A stretch of 64,000 bases of DNA from Deltaproteobacteria bacterium (GTDB taxonomy: Bacteria > JAMCPX01): the NCBI GenBank assembly GCA_023382265.1, contig JAMCPX010000008.1, forward strand, positions 84,274 to 148,273, read 5' to 3'. Below are positions 36,947 through 46,396 of the stretch, piece by piece. Each line of letters starts with the position of its first letter. The first letter of the stretch is position 1. The notes under the pieces are model-generated. The model worked only from the letters and a program-made list of their open reading frames with translations. It made no database searches and was not told the origin of the DNA. Position numbers and translations under genes: made by a program.

Positions 36947-38269
36947 TTGCAAAAGCTGCAAGTAAATTTTATACTGCCGCCGATGGATAGAAAGCTCTTA
37001 AATGAATACGATAAGCCTGCGAAAGAGCATTATTACATACTTTTCTTGAGCTGGGCAGGCTGGGTGTTTGACTTTTATGATCTTACACTCTACACTTTTC
37101 TCCTTATACCAATAGGTAAAGAACTTCACCTGACCAACATGCATCTTTCTTATATACTCGGCATTTCATTAGCTGCTACGGCCATCGGCGGTATACTATT
37201 TGGAGTACTTGCCGATTATTTCGGCAGGCGCAGCGTTTTGCAATGGACTATCATTACTTACAGTATCGGTACATTCTTGAGCGGTCTTGCACCGGATTTT
37301 AATTTCTTGATATTATTTAGAATAATTACCGGTATCGGTGTTGGCGGAGAATGGGCAACGGGTCAAACTTATGTGGGGGAGACGTTCCCGCCTAATGTAA
37401 GGGGCAGATTTGGGGCATTCATGCAGACAGGTGCACCGGTAGGTGTAGCTCTTGCAGCACTTGTTGGAGGGTTCTTATCTCCATTGATAGGCTGGCGTGC
37501 CTCATTTATGATTTCTGTACTCCCCGCCGTGCTTGTTATCATAATAAGAAGAAAGCTGCCCGAATCTGACTTATGGGAAGAACGCAAACGTTTGATAAGT
37601 TTAAATCAAGTATCATCGCAGGTTATAAAAGAGGAGACCGGCAATAACTTTTTAGAGCTGTTTTCCAAAAAATATGTTGGCATGTTTATAAAGGCGCTCC
37701 TGCTCGGCATATTCCTTATGTCTGCTTACTGGTTTACGTACTCATGGTTACCCGGTTACCTTTATGAACAAAGACATTTTTCAATTACGAAATCGGGTTT
37801 GTGGATGATCATTACACAAACAGGCGGTTTTATAGGTTATGGCACTTTTGGCTTTGTAGCCGACAGGCTGGGTAGAAGACCCGCGTTTACAATATACGCA
37901 TTTTTGATGGCAGCAGGACTTGTTATGATAACATTGATGTGGAGTTTTATTGCCAGTTATCCTTACATAATTCTTGTATTCATGTTTATGGTAGGTTTTG
38001 GTACTGGATTTTTTAGCGGCTATGGCCCGCTTATGTCGGAATTATTCCCTACAAAAATCCGGAACACAGCCATGGGAACTGCATTTAATCTTGCGCGGGG
38101 AATCCAGTTCTTCACACCAGTTATAATTGTTATTGTGTCAAGGTATTATGGGCTTGGCGGCGGGATATCTATTGCTGCACTTTTCGCCATACTCGTAGGA
38201 TTATGGGTATGGGTATTCCCGGAGACGAAAGGTAAAAAACTTACAGCGTTAACCCAAAAAATGGAATAG
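36947..38269 (+). CDS. MFS transporter
   Basis: Has 12 predicted TM helices and the MFS signature GRR-like motif (FGVLADYFGRRSV). Confidence 0.85.
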   Translation: MQKLQVNFILPPMDRKLLNEYDKPAKEHYYILFLSWAGWVFDFYDLTLYTFLLIPIGKELHLTNMHLSYILGISLAATAIGGILFGVLADYFGRRSVLQWTIITYSIGTFLSGLAPDFNFLILFRIITGIGVGGEWATGQTYVGETFPPNVRGRFGAFMQTGAPVGVALAALVGGFLSPLIGWRASFMISVLPAVLVIIIRRKLPESDLWEERKRLISLNQVSSQVIKEETGNNFLELFSKKYVGMFIKALLLGIFLMSAYWFTYSWLPGYLYEQRHFSITKSGLWMIITQTGGFIGYGTFGFVADRLGRRPAFTIYAFLMAAGLVMITLMWSFIASYPYIILVFMFMVGFGTGFFSGYGPLMSELFPTKIRNTAMGTAFNLARGIQFFTPVIIVIVSRYYGLGGGISIAALFAILVGLWVWVFPETKGKKLTALTQKME

Positions 38270-38275
38270 GACACA

Positions 38276-39073
38276 ATGTTTACCTTTCTACAAGCCTCTC
38301 CCAATGACGGGTCGTCTGCGGAACAGCACACAATACCTCCACAGGCCATTCATAAGTTCGCGGTCGTAATACCGGTCTATAATCATGAATCCAGGCTCAG
38401 GGCTGTCGTTGAAAGCGCCATGAGCCTCCGCCTGCCGGTCTATGTCATAGATGACGGCTCAACGGACGCAACTCCAGGCATCCTGAAATCCATCCCTGGT
38501 ATAACGGTCATCAGTCATTCTACAAATCTCGGGAAAGGCGCAGCCCTCATGACCGGTTTCACGGAAGCTGCAAGGACGGCGGATTTCGCTATCACGATAG
38601 ACGCAGATGGCCAGCATGACCCGGCAGACGCCGTTCATCTTATGGCCCCTTTGCAATCCGGTATCCATGCGATTGTTATCGGCAGGCGGGAAAACATGCT
38701 GAACGATACGAGAATAAAATGGACCAGCCGCTTTGGAAGAAAATTTTCGAACTTCTGGGTGCGTATGTCCGGAGGGCCCGTGCTGTCGGACACACAGAGC
38801 GGGTTCCGCATATATCCAATCCATGAAATACTGGGCATTAAGTCGGTGTCCAGACGGTTCCAATTTGAGGTGGAAATAGTTGTGCTTGCGCATTGGAAGA
38901 GCATACCGATCGTTGAGGTCCCGGTCAAAGTGCTGTATCCATCAAAACAAGACCGTATATCCCATTTCCGTCCCTTCGTTGATTTCTGGAGGAATGCAGG
39001 GACGTTTACCATGCTGATTGCCATGAGGATCCTTTTGCCGTTGAAGTTGAGGCGGAGGCTGATACAAAAATGA
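38276..39073 (+). CDS. Family 2 glycosyltransferase (polyprenyl-phosphate sugar transferase, DPM1/ArnC-like)
   Basis: The FAVVIPVYNHE...IDDGSTD motif is the GT-A DxD region. A C-terminal amphipathic TM tail is present. This is the first gene of the higher-GC block. Confidence 0.85.
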   Translation: MFTFLQASPNDGSSAEQHTIPPQAIHKFAVVIPVYNHESRLRAVVESAMSLRLPVYVIDDGSTDATPGILKSIPGITVISHSTNLGKGAALMTGFTEAARTADFAITIDADGQHDPADAVHLMAPLQSGIHAIVIGRRENMLNDTRIKWTSRFGRKFSNFWVRMSGGPVLSDTQSGFRIYPIHEILGIKSVSRRFQFEVEIVVLAHWKSIPIVEVPVKVLYPSKQDRISHFRPFVDFWRNAGTFTMLIAMRILLPLKLRRRLIQK

Positions 39074-42000
39074 ACGGGCAATCATCCTTGATCAGATGGA
39101 AGGCCGTTGTCGTGGTCATACTTGCGTTTACAGTTTTATATATAGCCGGGGTGCACGGCCTCACGATAGAAACCGATATAACAGCAAGCCTGCCCAAAAA
39201 TGATCCGGTCATTGCGGATGCCCGGTACGTTATCACCCATTATCCTGTATTTGACCGTGTTTTCATCGACATTGGTGTGACCAAGCAACATACGGATGAC
39301 GGGCTTCTTATGACCGCTGCAACATATATGCAGCAGGGGCTGCGTGCAAGCGGACTATTTAAAGAGGTGGGATTAGGCACATCGGTCGATGCCATGCCGC
39401 TCCTCTTGTCACATATAGTCTCCAACCTCCCGTCGATGTTTTCCCTGAAGGAACTGGAGACCTCGGTCCTCCCGTTATTGGGCAGCGCTTCGCTCCGATC
39501 TCTCATGGATCGAAACATGGATATCCTGCAGGGGCTTGAGGGTATGGGCCAGTCCGGTTTGATCGCCCGAGATCCCCTGGGACTCAGGAACATTGTACTG
39601 GCACGTATGGCATCACTCCTGCCTGTTCACGGTGCCACCATTAACAATAACTTTATTATGAGCAGGGACAGAAGGCACATCCTTATCATCGCAGAGCCAA
39701 AACAATCCTCGACAGATACTAACTTTGCATTGAAAATAAATGCACTTATAAACAAGCTGATCGCCGAAATAGATCAAAAAGCCGGAGGAGCACAACAACA
39801 AATCTCAATCACACCGATCGGCTCATACCGTGCGGCTATCGACAATGAAACCATTGCCAGAAGGGATACGATGCGTGCACTGCTCCTCTCTACGATTGGG
39901 ATCGCACTGCTTCTTTTGATCAGTTTCCCCAGATGGTATATAGGACTTATGGCACTTGTCCCGGCCCTGGCCGGGACAAGTGCGGCACTCTTTGTTATGT
40001 CGCTCCTCAGGCATAATTTATCCATTCTTGCCATCGGCTTCGGCGGGGCCATTATCTCTATCAATGTTGATTACGGTATTGCATATCTTCTGTTTCTCGA
40101 TCAGGCGCAAACAACCTCCGGAACCTACGCATCAAGGCAGTCGTTCTGGGTTGGGCTTGGAGCGTCTCTAACCACAGTGGGCTCGTTTCTTGCATTGAGT
40201 TTCAGCGGGTTTCCAATCCTTGCCGAGATAGGCTGGTTTACCGCCATGGGCACACTCTTTTCTTTTGCATTTGTCCATACGATATTCCCGCTGGTTTTCC
40301 GCAGGGTATCCCCTGCCAGGCACCGCGGCATTATGCCCATGGAAAAGATCACGAGCCGCCTGGTACTATCGAGTGGATGGACCGCGTTTATTGTGGCAGG
40401 TATCTTCGGACTGGTTATGGCATTTTTTGCCAGGCCCGCGGTAAAAGCCGATGTGGAGGCCATGAACACGGAGAGTGCGGCTACGCATATTGCGGAAAGT
40501 AATGTAAAGAAAACATGGGGAGACATACTATCGGACACCACGTACATCCTTATCCAGGGAAGTTCTGTTAAATCGCTGCAGGACCGTGCAGACAGGCTTG
40601 ATACCTTTATCAGGGCTCGTATGGCATCCGGTGTTGTCCGCTCCGGGTTTTCGCCATTGTCTATTTTTCCCGGTGAGGCCCTGGCTCGGAAGAACGAGGC
40701 CGCGTGGAAAGCCTTCTGGACAACACAGCGGGTTCAATCCCTGCGCGGTAAAATCGCACATGTTTCAAAGCTTGTCGGTTTTTCCCATAATGCCTTTGAG
40801 CCGTTTTTTGAGAAACTCATGGTCCGCAGAGCTTATGATACAGCTATTCCCCGGCAACTTTACGGGATGCTCGGCATATCAAGGGGCTGGGACAACAATA
40901 CATGGATGATGATAAGTGCCGTGCGGCCTGGACCGTACTATAATCCGGAGATATTCTATAAGAATCTTTCCGGAGCAGGCATAGGTAAAATGCTTGATGC
41001 CCATTGGTTCACCGTACGGTTATCAAATCTGCTTTTCACTATGTTCGTTAGAATGGGCATACTGTGCGGAGTAGGTCTTGTCGTGGTTCTGGTGTTTTAT
41101 TTTATGGATTTTATACTGGTAATACTTGCATTGGTCCCGGTTGCATTTGCCCTGGTGAGTACCTTCGCGACATACCATTTTCTGCATCGACCCCTGGACA
41201 TTCCGAGTCTGTTGCTGGTTGTGGTCGTGTTCGGTATGGGAAGCGATTATTCCATCTATTTCATCGGGGCATATCAGCGTTATTTTGATGAACACGACCC
41301 TGCCATGAGTCCCATACGTACCGCGGTCTTCCTCAATGCAGGTTCCACCATTACCGGCCTCGGCGTTCTGGCATTTGCAGGACAGGCCATGCTGAAGAGT
41401 GCTGGACTGAGCATGGTGCTCGGGCTTGGCTATGCCCTTATCGGAACAGTTACACTTCTGCCGCCGATACTGAGGGTTCTTTACGCACCAAGGAAAAAAG
41501 GAATTATGCCGGCGGTTGCAGCGGGCTCTCCTGAACATAGAGCAAGGGTATTGTCCTCGTATAGATACATGGAGACATACGTCAGGATGTTTGCCAGGTT
41601 CAAGATCAAGTTTGACCCGATGTTTTCACAGCTCGCGGATTTTGTCGGGCCCAAGGATAAGGTTATGGATCTCGGATGCGGGTACGGCGTTCCTTCTGCG
41701 TGGCTGATGCATCTTTACCCTTCCGTGTATTTGTTCGGTGTGGATCCGAATCAAGACCGTGTGCGGGTCGCGCGGAGAGCATTGGGTGATCGCGGGACCG
41801 CTGTCCATGGCGAGGCGCCTGATTTCCCGAAGCCTCCGCATGCATGCGATGCAGTCCTCATGCTCGACATAATCCATTATCTTTCCGATGAGGAATTTGC
41901 GCAAACACTTGCATCCTCGTCTTCCTGTCTTAAGCCCGGGGGATCCGTGGTGATCAGGGCGACAGTCCCTTCATCAAAACATGTGCCGTGGGAACGGTGG

Positions 42001-42180
42001 CTGGAGCAGAGCAGGCTCACACTCAGGGGGCAAAAATATTATTTCAGGACCAGCGAAAGTATCGTTCAGATTATCTCAAAGGCCGGTTTCACCCTGACAT
42101 ATTCCGGCGATTCTGCGAAGGGAAGAGAGGAGACCTGGTTCGTCTGCATGACAGTGGAGCACAGCCAAGAGCCGCTATGA
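39070..42180 (+). CDS. MMPL/RND-superfamily exporter (COG4258-like) fused to C-terminal class I SAM-dependent methyltransferase
   Basis: Has two 5-6 TM bundles, each preceded by a large periplasmic loop (the MMPL topology). The C-terminal ~190 aa has MTase motifs I (VMDLGCGYG), II (DAVLMLDIIHYL) and III (LKPGGSVVI). Confidence 0.8.
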   Translation: MNGQSSLIRWKAVVVVILAFTVLYIAGVHGLTIETDITASLPKNDPVIADARYVITHYPVFDRVFIDIGVTKQHTDDGLLMTAATYMQQGLRASGLFKEVGLGTSVDAMPLLLSHIVSNLPSMFSLKELETSVLPLLGSASLRSLMDRNMDILQGLEGMGQSGLIARDPLGLRNIVLARMASLLPVHGATINNNFIMSRDRRHILIIAEPKQSSTDTNFALKINALINKLIAEIDQKAGGAQQQISITPIGSYRAAIDNETIARRDTMRALLLSTIGIALLLLISFPRWYIGLMALVPALAGTSAALFVMSLLRHNLSILAIGFGGAIISINVDYGIAYLLFLDQAQTTSGTYASRQSFWVGLGASLTTVGSFLALSFSGFPILAEIGWFTAMGTLFSFAFVHTIFPLVFRRVSPARHRGIMPMEKITSRLVLSSGWTAFIVAGIFGLVMAFFARPAVKADVEAMNTESAATHIAESNVKKTWGDILSDTTYILIQGSSVKSLQDRADRLDTFIRARMASGVVRSGFSPLSIFPGEALARKNEAAWKAFWTTQRVQSLRGKIAHVSKLVGFSHNAFEPFFEKLMVRRAYDTAIPRQLYGMLGISRGWDNNTWMMISAVRPGPYYNPEIFYKNLSGAGIGKMLDAHWFTVRLSNLLFTMFVRMGILCGVGLVVVLVFYFMDFILVILALVPVAFALVSTFATYHFLHRPLDIPSLLLVVVVFGMGSDYSIYFIGAYQRYFDEHDPAMSPIRTAVFLNAGSTITGLGVLAFAGQAMLKSAGLSMVLGLGYALIGTVTLLPPILRVLYAPRKKGIMPAVAAGSPEHRARVLSSYRYMETYVRMFARFKIKFDPMFSQLADFVGPKDKVMDLGCGYGVPSAWLMHLYPSVYLFGVDPNQDRVRVARRALGDRGTAVHGEAPDFPKPPHACDAVLMLDIIHYLSDEEFAQTLASSSSCLKPGGSVVIRATVPSSKHVPWERWLEQSRLTLRGQKYYFRTSESIVQIISKAGFTLTYSGDSAKGREETWFVCMTVEHSQEPL

Positions 42181-43073
42181 AAGGTCTGTTCTACAGGTGC
42201 ATATCTTTCCTGTCCCGTATCTTCGGGCTCTGGATCGTCTCAGCATCCGCATGGATAATTGTTACCGCCTACTTTATTCTTATGCCAGGAAGGACAGCCA
42301 ACAGTGTCAGATTCTACCGTGCATTATATCCCGGGAGAAATGTCTTTTACCACGTATGGTGCGCATGGAGGCAGTATCACCATTTCTCAACGGTTTTTGT
42401 AGACAGGCTTATATTCGAGAAAGAGGAAGGGCTGAACTGGGTCGGTGAGGGATTGGACCATCTTTCCTCAGCAGCAAAAAGAGGTGAATACGGCATACTG
42501 CTCACGTCGCATTTTGGAAATTGGGAGGCAGCGGCACGCGGGCTCCAGACACTGGACTTTAAGATCCTTTTGTATATGGGGTCGCGGCAATATGAACAGA
42601 TCGAGGCACAGATCAAAAAAGACCTCGCAGACCACGGGATCACCATCATAGCTGTACCCAAAGACGCCGGTACACAATTTGAAGGACTCGCAGGCCTGCG
42701 TTTCCTGAGGAACGACGGGTTTGTTGCCATGGCCGGAGACCTTTTATGGAATAATGAGGAAAAATCCATCAAGGTTAAATTTCTCGGCCATGATGTTTTC
42801 CTGCCGCAGGCACCGTATGTCTTTGCCCTTGTCCTTGAAGCACCTATCTTCGTGTTTTTTGTCATGCGGACCGGGAGGGCGAAGTACAGGATCGTTGCCC
42901 ATCCGCCGATCTATGTAAAAGCTGGATCTCGGGAGCATCGCGAAGCAGCAATACAGAATGCGGCACAACAGTACGTATCGTTACTGGAACAGACCGTACG
43001 GCAGTACCCTGATCATTGGTACCACTTTACACCTATGTGGATTGATGGTACGGATAGTCAAAACATAGGTTAG
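42177..43073 (+). CDS. Lysophospholipid/lipid A-type acyltransferase (LPLAT, LpxL/HtrB-like)
   Basis: Has an N-terminal TM helix and HFGNWE, the H(X)4(D/E) acyltransferase motif. The start ATG 42177 overlaps the upstream stop (ATGA); the ORF-track 41988 start is an overlap artefact. Confidence 0.8.
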   Translation: MKGLFYRCISFLSRIFGLWIVSASAWIIVTAYFILMPGRTANSVRFYRALYPGRNVFYHVWCAWRQYHHFSTVFVDRLIFEKEEGLNWVGEGLDHLSSAAKRGEYGILLTSHFGNWEAAARGLQTLDFKILLYMGSRQYEQIEAQIKKDLADHGITIIAVPKDAGTQFEGLAGLRFLRNDGFVAMAGDLLWNNEEKSIKVKFLGHDVFLPQAPYVFALVLEAPIFVFFVMRTGRAKYRIVAHPPIYVKAGSREHREAAIQNAAQQYVSLLEQTVRQYPDHWYHFTPMWIDGTDSQNIG

Positions 43074-43411
43074 AAAACCGTTCTTCCCGGCTTTAGTAGT
43101 TCGTCTGTAACGATTATTCCGGAACCGTCTACCCTGACTATAAAGAATGTATCTAAAACGACTATTTTTACATTTACCATTTAGCGTATGTTCTTTTGGA
43201 AGATTTGAAATATGATCTTGATCATCAAGATAACCTTCTCGTCCTGCAGAAACAAGCCCATGATCGTATTGATCAATGCATTGCCTTTTGTGGTTATGGA
43301 ATCTCAATTCTTCATCCGTCAGTCCCACTCGATTTCACTCTTCCGTTAAACGGTTCCTACTGGACTTTTGCAGATGATAGTGCTATCATTACAATTCAAG
43401 GAGGTATTTGT

Positions 43412-43933
43412 ATGAAATTAACGCCGCTTGATATACAGCAGCAGAGGTATAGGAAAACGTTTAGGGGCTATGATGTTAGAGAGGTTGATGCCTTCATGGA
43501 GCTTGTAAAGAATGAGATGGAAGAAGTCGTTACGGAAAACAATGACTTAACACAGAAGCTTAAAGAGAAAACGGACAGCCTGCAGGAGTACAAAGAGCGA
43601 GAGCAGACAATAAAAGAAACAATGCTTACCGCCCAGCAGCTTAAAAATGATATAAGTGCTAACGCACATAAAGAGGCCGAGATCATAATAGCAGAGGCAA
43701 AGATAAAGGCAGAAGAACTAATCAATAATGCACAGAACAGATATATGGAGATCATAAACGAATTAAAAGAGCTACGAAGGCAAAAAATTCAACTTGAAGC
43801 AAGTCTGAGGGCGATACTTGAAACGCATTTAAAGATGCTTGAGACCGAGGTCATAAAAGAGGAGCACGTCATAGATGAAAAAATTTCAATAATAGCAGGC
43901 AAATCCAAGATATCAAATGGCAAGCAGTCATAA
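43412..43933 (+). CDS. DivIVA-domain protein
   Basis: MKLTPLDIQQQRYRKTFRGYDVREVDAFM is the canonical DivIVA N-terminus. A GGAGG RBS precedes ATG 43412, and a coiled-coil C-terminus follows. Confidence 0.75.
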   Translation: MKLTPLDIQQQRYRKTFRGYDVREVDAFMELVKNEMEEVVTENNDLTQKLKEKTDSLQEYKEREQTIKETMLTAQQLKNDISANAHKEAEIIIAEAKIKAEELINNAQNRYMEIINELKELRRQKIQLEASLRAILETHLKMLETEVIKEEHVIDEKISIIAGKSKISNGKQS

Positions 43934-44150
43934 AATATTGTGTGTGACTGTCAAACCATTATCTTCTAAAAGTGAGCTCATTCAAAAGGATAGAGAGCTA
44001 AAAGCATATCTTAAATCACCGCCTATTGACGGTAAGGCTAATGAAGAATTAATTTATCTGGTAAGTAAACAATTTAATGTAAAAAAAACGGATGTTAAAA
44101 TTATAAGTGGGAAGACATCAAAGAAAAAACTCATACGCATTTTAACATAA
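43917..44150 (+). CDS. DUF167 (YggU) family protein
   Basis: Is 77 aa. The ...KAYLKSPPIDGKANEELIYLVSKQFNVKKTDVKIISG... pattern matches the YggU family. Confidence 0.7.
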   Translation: MASSHKILCVTVKPLSSKSELIQKDRELKAYLKSPPIDGKANEELIYLVSKQFNVKKTDVKIISGKTSKKKLIRILT

Positions 44151-44165
44151 AAGGAGCTTTTAAAA

Positions 44166-44420
44166 ATGCCTATTTATGAATACAAATGTTTAAGGTGTGG
44201 TAAAACATTTGAAATAACGCAAAAGATCACTGCAAAACCAATTACAAAATGTCCGGAATGTGGCGGAGATGTGAAAAAGCTTATATCAAACTCCAGCTCT
44301 TTTATCTTAAAAGGTAGCGGATGGTATGCAACCGATTACGCGCGTAGAGATAATAAAGAGCCAAAGAAACCAATTGAAACTAAATCAAAGCCGGAGACCA
44401 AAAAGGCGAATACAGCCTGA
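44166..44420 (+). CDS. FmdB-family zinc-ribbon protein
   Basis: [16 protein letters not shown]...CPECGG has the CxxC...CxxC pattern of the FmdB family. Confidence 0.75.
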   Translation: MPIYEYKCLRCGKTFEITQKITAKPITKCPECGGDVKKLISNSSSFILKGSGWYATDYARRDNKEPKKPIETKSKPETKKANTA

Positions 44421-44442
44421 CATCTAAAAAAATATAAATTTC

Positions 44443-45336
44443 GTGGTTATTCTCTTTACCATATTGTTTGTTTTTTTATTTCCTTCAAATGCCTTCTGCT
44501 GGGGACCCATTACTCATATTGATTTTGCAGTGGAGGTTTTAAATCTTTCACAATATGTTGCGCCGAGAATTGCAGAACTTATAATGACATTTCCCTATGA
44601 TTATCTTTACGGCAACATAGGGGCGGACATTGTTATAGGTAAAAATTTTACGGAGTATGAGTATCACTGTCATAACTGGCTTATAGGTTTTCAGGTACTG
44701 AAATCAGCCCGGAGTAATCATCAAAAGGCATTTGCTTATGGATATATAAGTCACCTTGCAGCAGATGTAATAGCGCATAACTATTTTGTCCCGAATAAGA
44801 TCATTACGAGCTACAGGAAAAAGCTTTTACCTCATCCCTACTGGGAAATCAGGTTTGAAAAAATGATAGACGAATCCTCTGCAAACATTATTGGTAAAAC
44901 ATTTAAGCAAAGGCATGTAGATGATAACGACCTGCTAAAGGCAACACTTGAAAAAACGCTATTCTCATTTTCTACAAATAAAAGGCTGTTCAATGGATTG
45001 ATGTTTATGACAAGAAAAAAGTTTTTACGAGGGATATTCCATAGTCTAACATCAGACAAAAAATGGGGCTTCACAAAAGAGGAATTCCGGGAGTATAAGC
45101 TTTATTCTTTGGATGCCGTTTTTGATGTACTTATAAACATAGATAAATCTATCTACACAAGATTTGATCCAACAGGCAATGAGTTAATAAATGCGAGTAT
45201 TGGTATTCGCAAGCAATTAAACCGTTTGCATAAAAGAGGTATGCTTACAGATCCTCTAAAACAGGAATTAACAAAGACGATCATTCCGCACCTCCAGCCT
45301 GGTATATATTCCCTCCATGAAGCACATATAAAATAA
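44443..45336 (+). CDS. Zinc-dependent phospholipase C / P1-nuclease superfamily protein
   Basis: Has a signal peptide followed by the CWGPITH motif. The mature N-terminal Trp plus His is the zinc-ligand pattern of this superfamily. Confidence 0.55.
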   Translation: MVILFTILFVFLFPSNAFCWGPITHIDFAVEVLNLSQYVAPRIAELIMTFPYDYLYGNIGADIVIGKNFTEYEYHCHNWLIGFQVLKSARSNHQKAFAYGYISHLAADVIAHNYFVPNKIITSYRKKLLPHPYWEIRFEKMIDESSANIIGKTFKQRHVDDNDLLKATLEKTLFSFSTNKRLFNGLMFMTRKKFLRGIFHSLTSDKKWGFTKEEFREYKLYSLDAVFDVLINIDKSIYTRFDPTGNELINASIGIRKQLNRLHKRGMLTDPLKQELTKTIIPHLQPGIYSLHEAHIK

Positions 45337-45416
45337 TGCCCCTTATCTTTACCGGAGATGTAATGTAAAAAATGCCGATCCTGCTTCGTGCACATTTGTT
45401 GCTGCTCTCGGTATTC

Positions 45417-45439
45417 GGCATGAAATGCCCCCTTTTTTT
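45417..45439 (+). terminator. Rho-independent terminator candidate
   Basis: ggcat-gaa-atgcc forms a stem-loop followed by cccTTTTTTT. Confidence 0.45.
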
Positions 45440-45505
45440 ATGTTGCTTAGACAGATGCGTATTTCAATGTTGTCCGAACAGCACAAGATATGTTATACGC
45501 GGTAT

Positions 45506-46396
45506 ATGAGAATCTTTATCCAGCAGATTGTTAACGGCATTACAACAGGGAGCGTTTACGCGCTGATAGCTCTTGGTTATACGATGGTTTATGGGATCAT
45601 AGAGCTCATAAATTTTGCCCATGGAGAAATATATATGATCGGCGCTTATGGCGGGCTGATAGCTTTAACAATACTCGGGGCTACGCATTCTTCAGGTGCA
45701 GGCATTATCGTTGTTTCTATTGCTTCCGGAATGCTCTTATCAATAGGATACGGATTGACTGTAGAAAAATTTGCTTACAAACCTTTGCGTGATGCCTCAA
45801 GGCTTTCATTACTTATTACCGCACTTGGTGCTTCCATATTTCTGCAGAACTTTGTTATGATAGGGCAGGGTTCTTCGGATAAGAGGTATCCGGTAATTAA
45901 CATTCTTAATCCCGTATTTTCGGTACACGGCATTTCTATCAGTACAATGCAGATCATAATATTTGCTGTAGCAATTACTGTTATGATTGGTCTTGATCTC
46001 TTTATAAATAAGACAATGACAGGTTGGGCAATGAAAGCAGCTTCACAGGATCTAACGACCGCGCAGCTTGTTGGTATAAATACCGATAACATCATTTCCT
46101 TAACGTTTATTATAGGCTCAGGACTTGCAGGGGTGGGTGGTGTACTGATAGGTTTTTACTATGATATTGTGAATTTTTATATAGGCTATCTTATGGGTAT
46201 GAAGGCTTTTACTGCTGCCGTGCTTGGTGGAATAGGTGATGTCCGAGGTGCGATGGTTGGAGGTATATTGCTCGGCTTGCTTGAGAGTCTTGGTGCTTCC
46301 TATGTCTCACCTAATTATAAAGACGCCTTTGCATTTATCGTGTTGATCATTATTTTACTTATAAAGCCTTCGGGTCTGTTCGGCAGGACAAGATGA
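45506..46396 (+). CDS. livH: Branched-chain amino acid ABC transporter permease LivH
   Basis: MRIFIQQIVNGITTGSVYALIALGYTMVYG is the canonical LivH N-terminus. The ORF-track start at 45425 is a probable extension. Confidence 0.85.
   Translation: MRIFIQQIVNGITTGSVYALIALGYTMVYGIIELINFAHGEIYMIGAYGGLIALTILGATHSSGAGIIVVSIASGMLLSIGYGLTVEKFAYKPLRDASRLSLLITALGASIFLQNFVMIGQGSSDKRYPVINILNPVFSVHGISISTMQIIIFAVAITVMIGLDLFINKTMTGWAMKAASQDLTTAQLVGINTDNIISLTFIIGSGLAGVGGVLIGFYYDIVNFYIGYLMGMKAFTAAVLGGIGDVRGAMVGGILLGLLESLGASYVSPNYKDAFAFIVLIIILLIKPSGLFGRTR

Noticed and set aside
43196-43411. N-terminal 72-codon extension of the DivIVA ORF
   Set aside because: DivIVA-family proteins begin M-K-L-T-P-L-D. A GGAGG RBS sits immediately before ATG 43412, and the extension has no homology signal.
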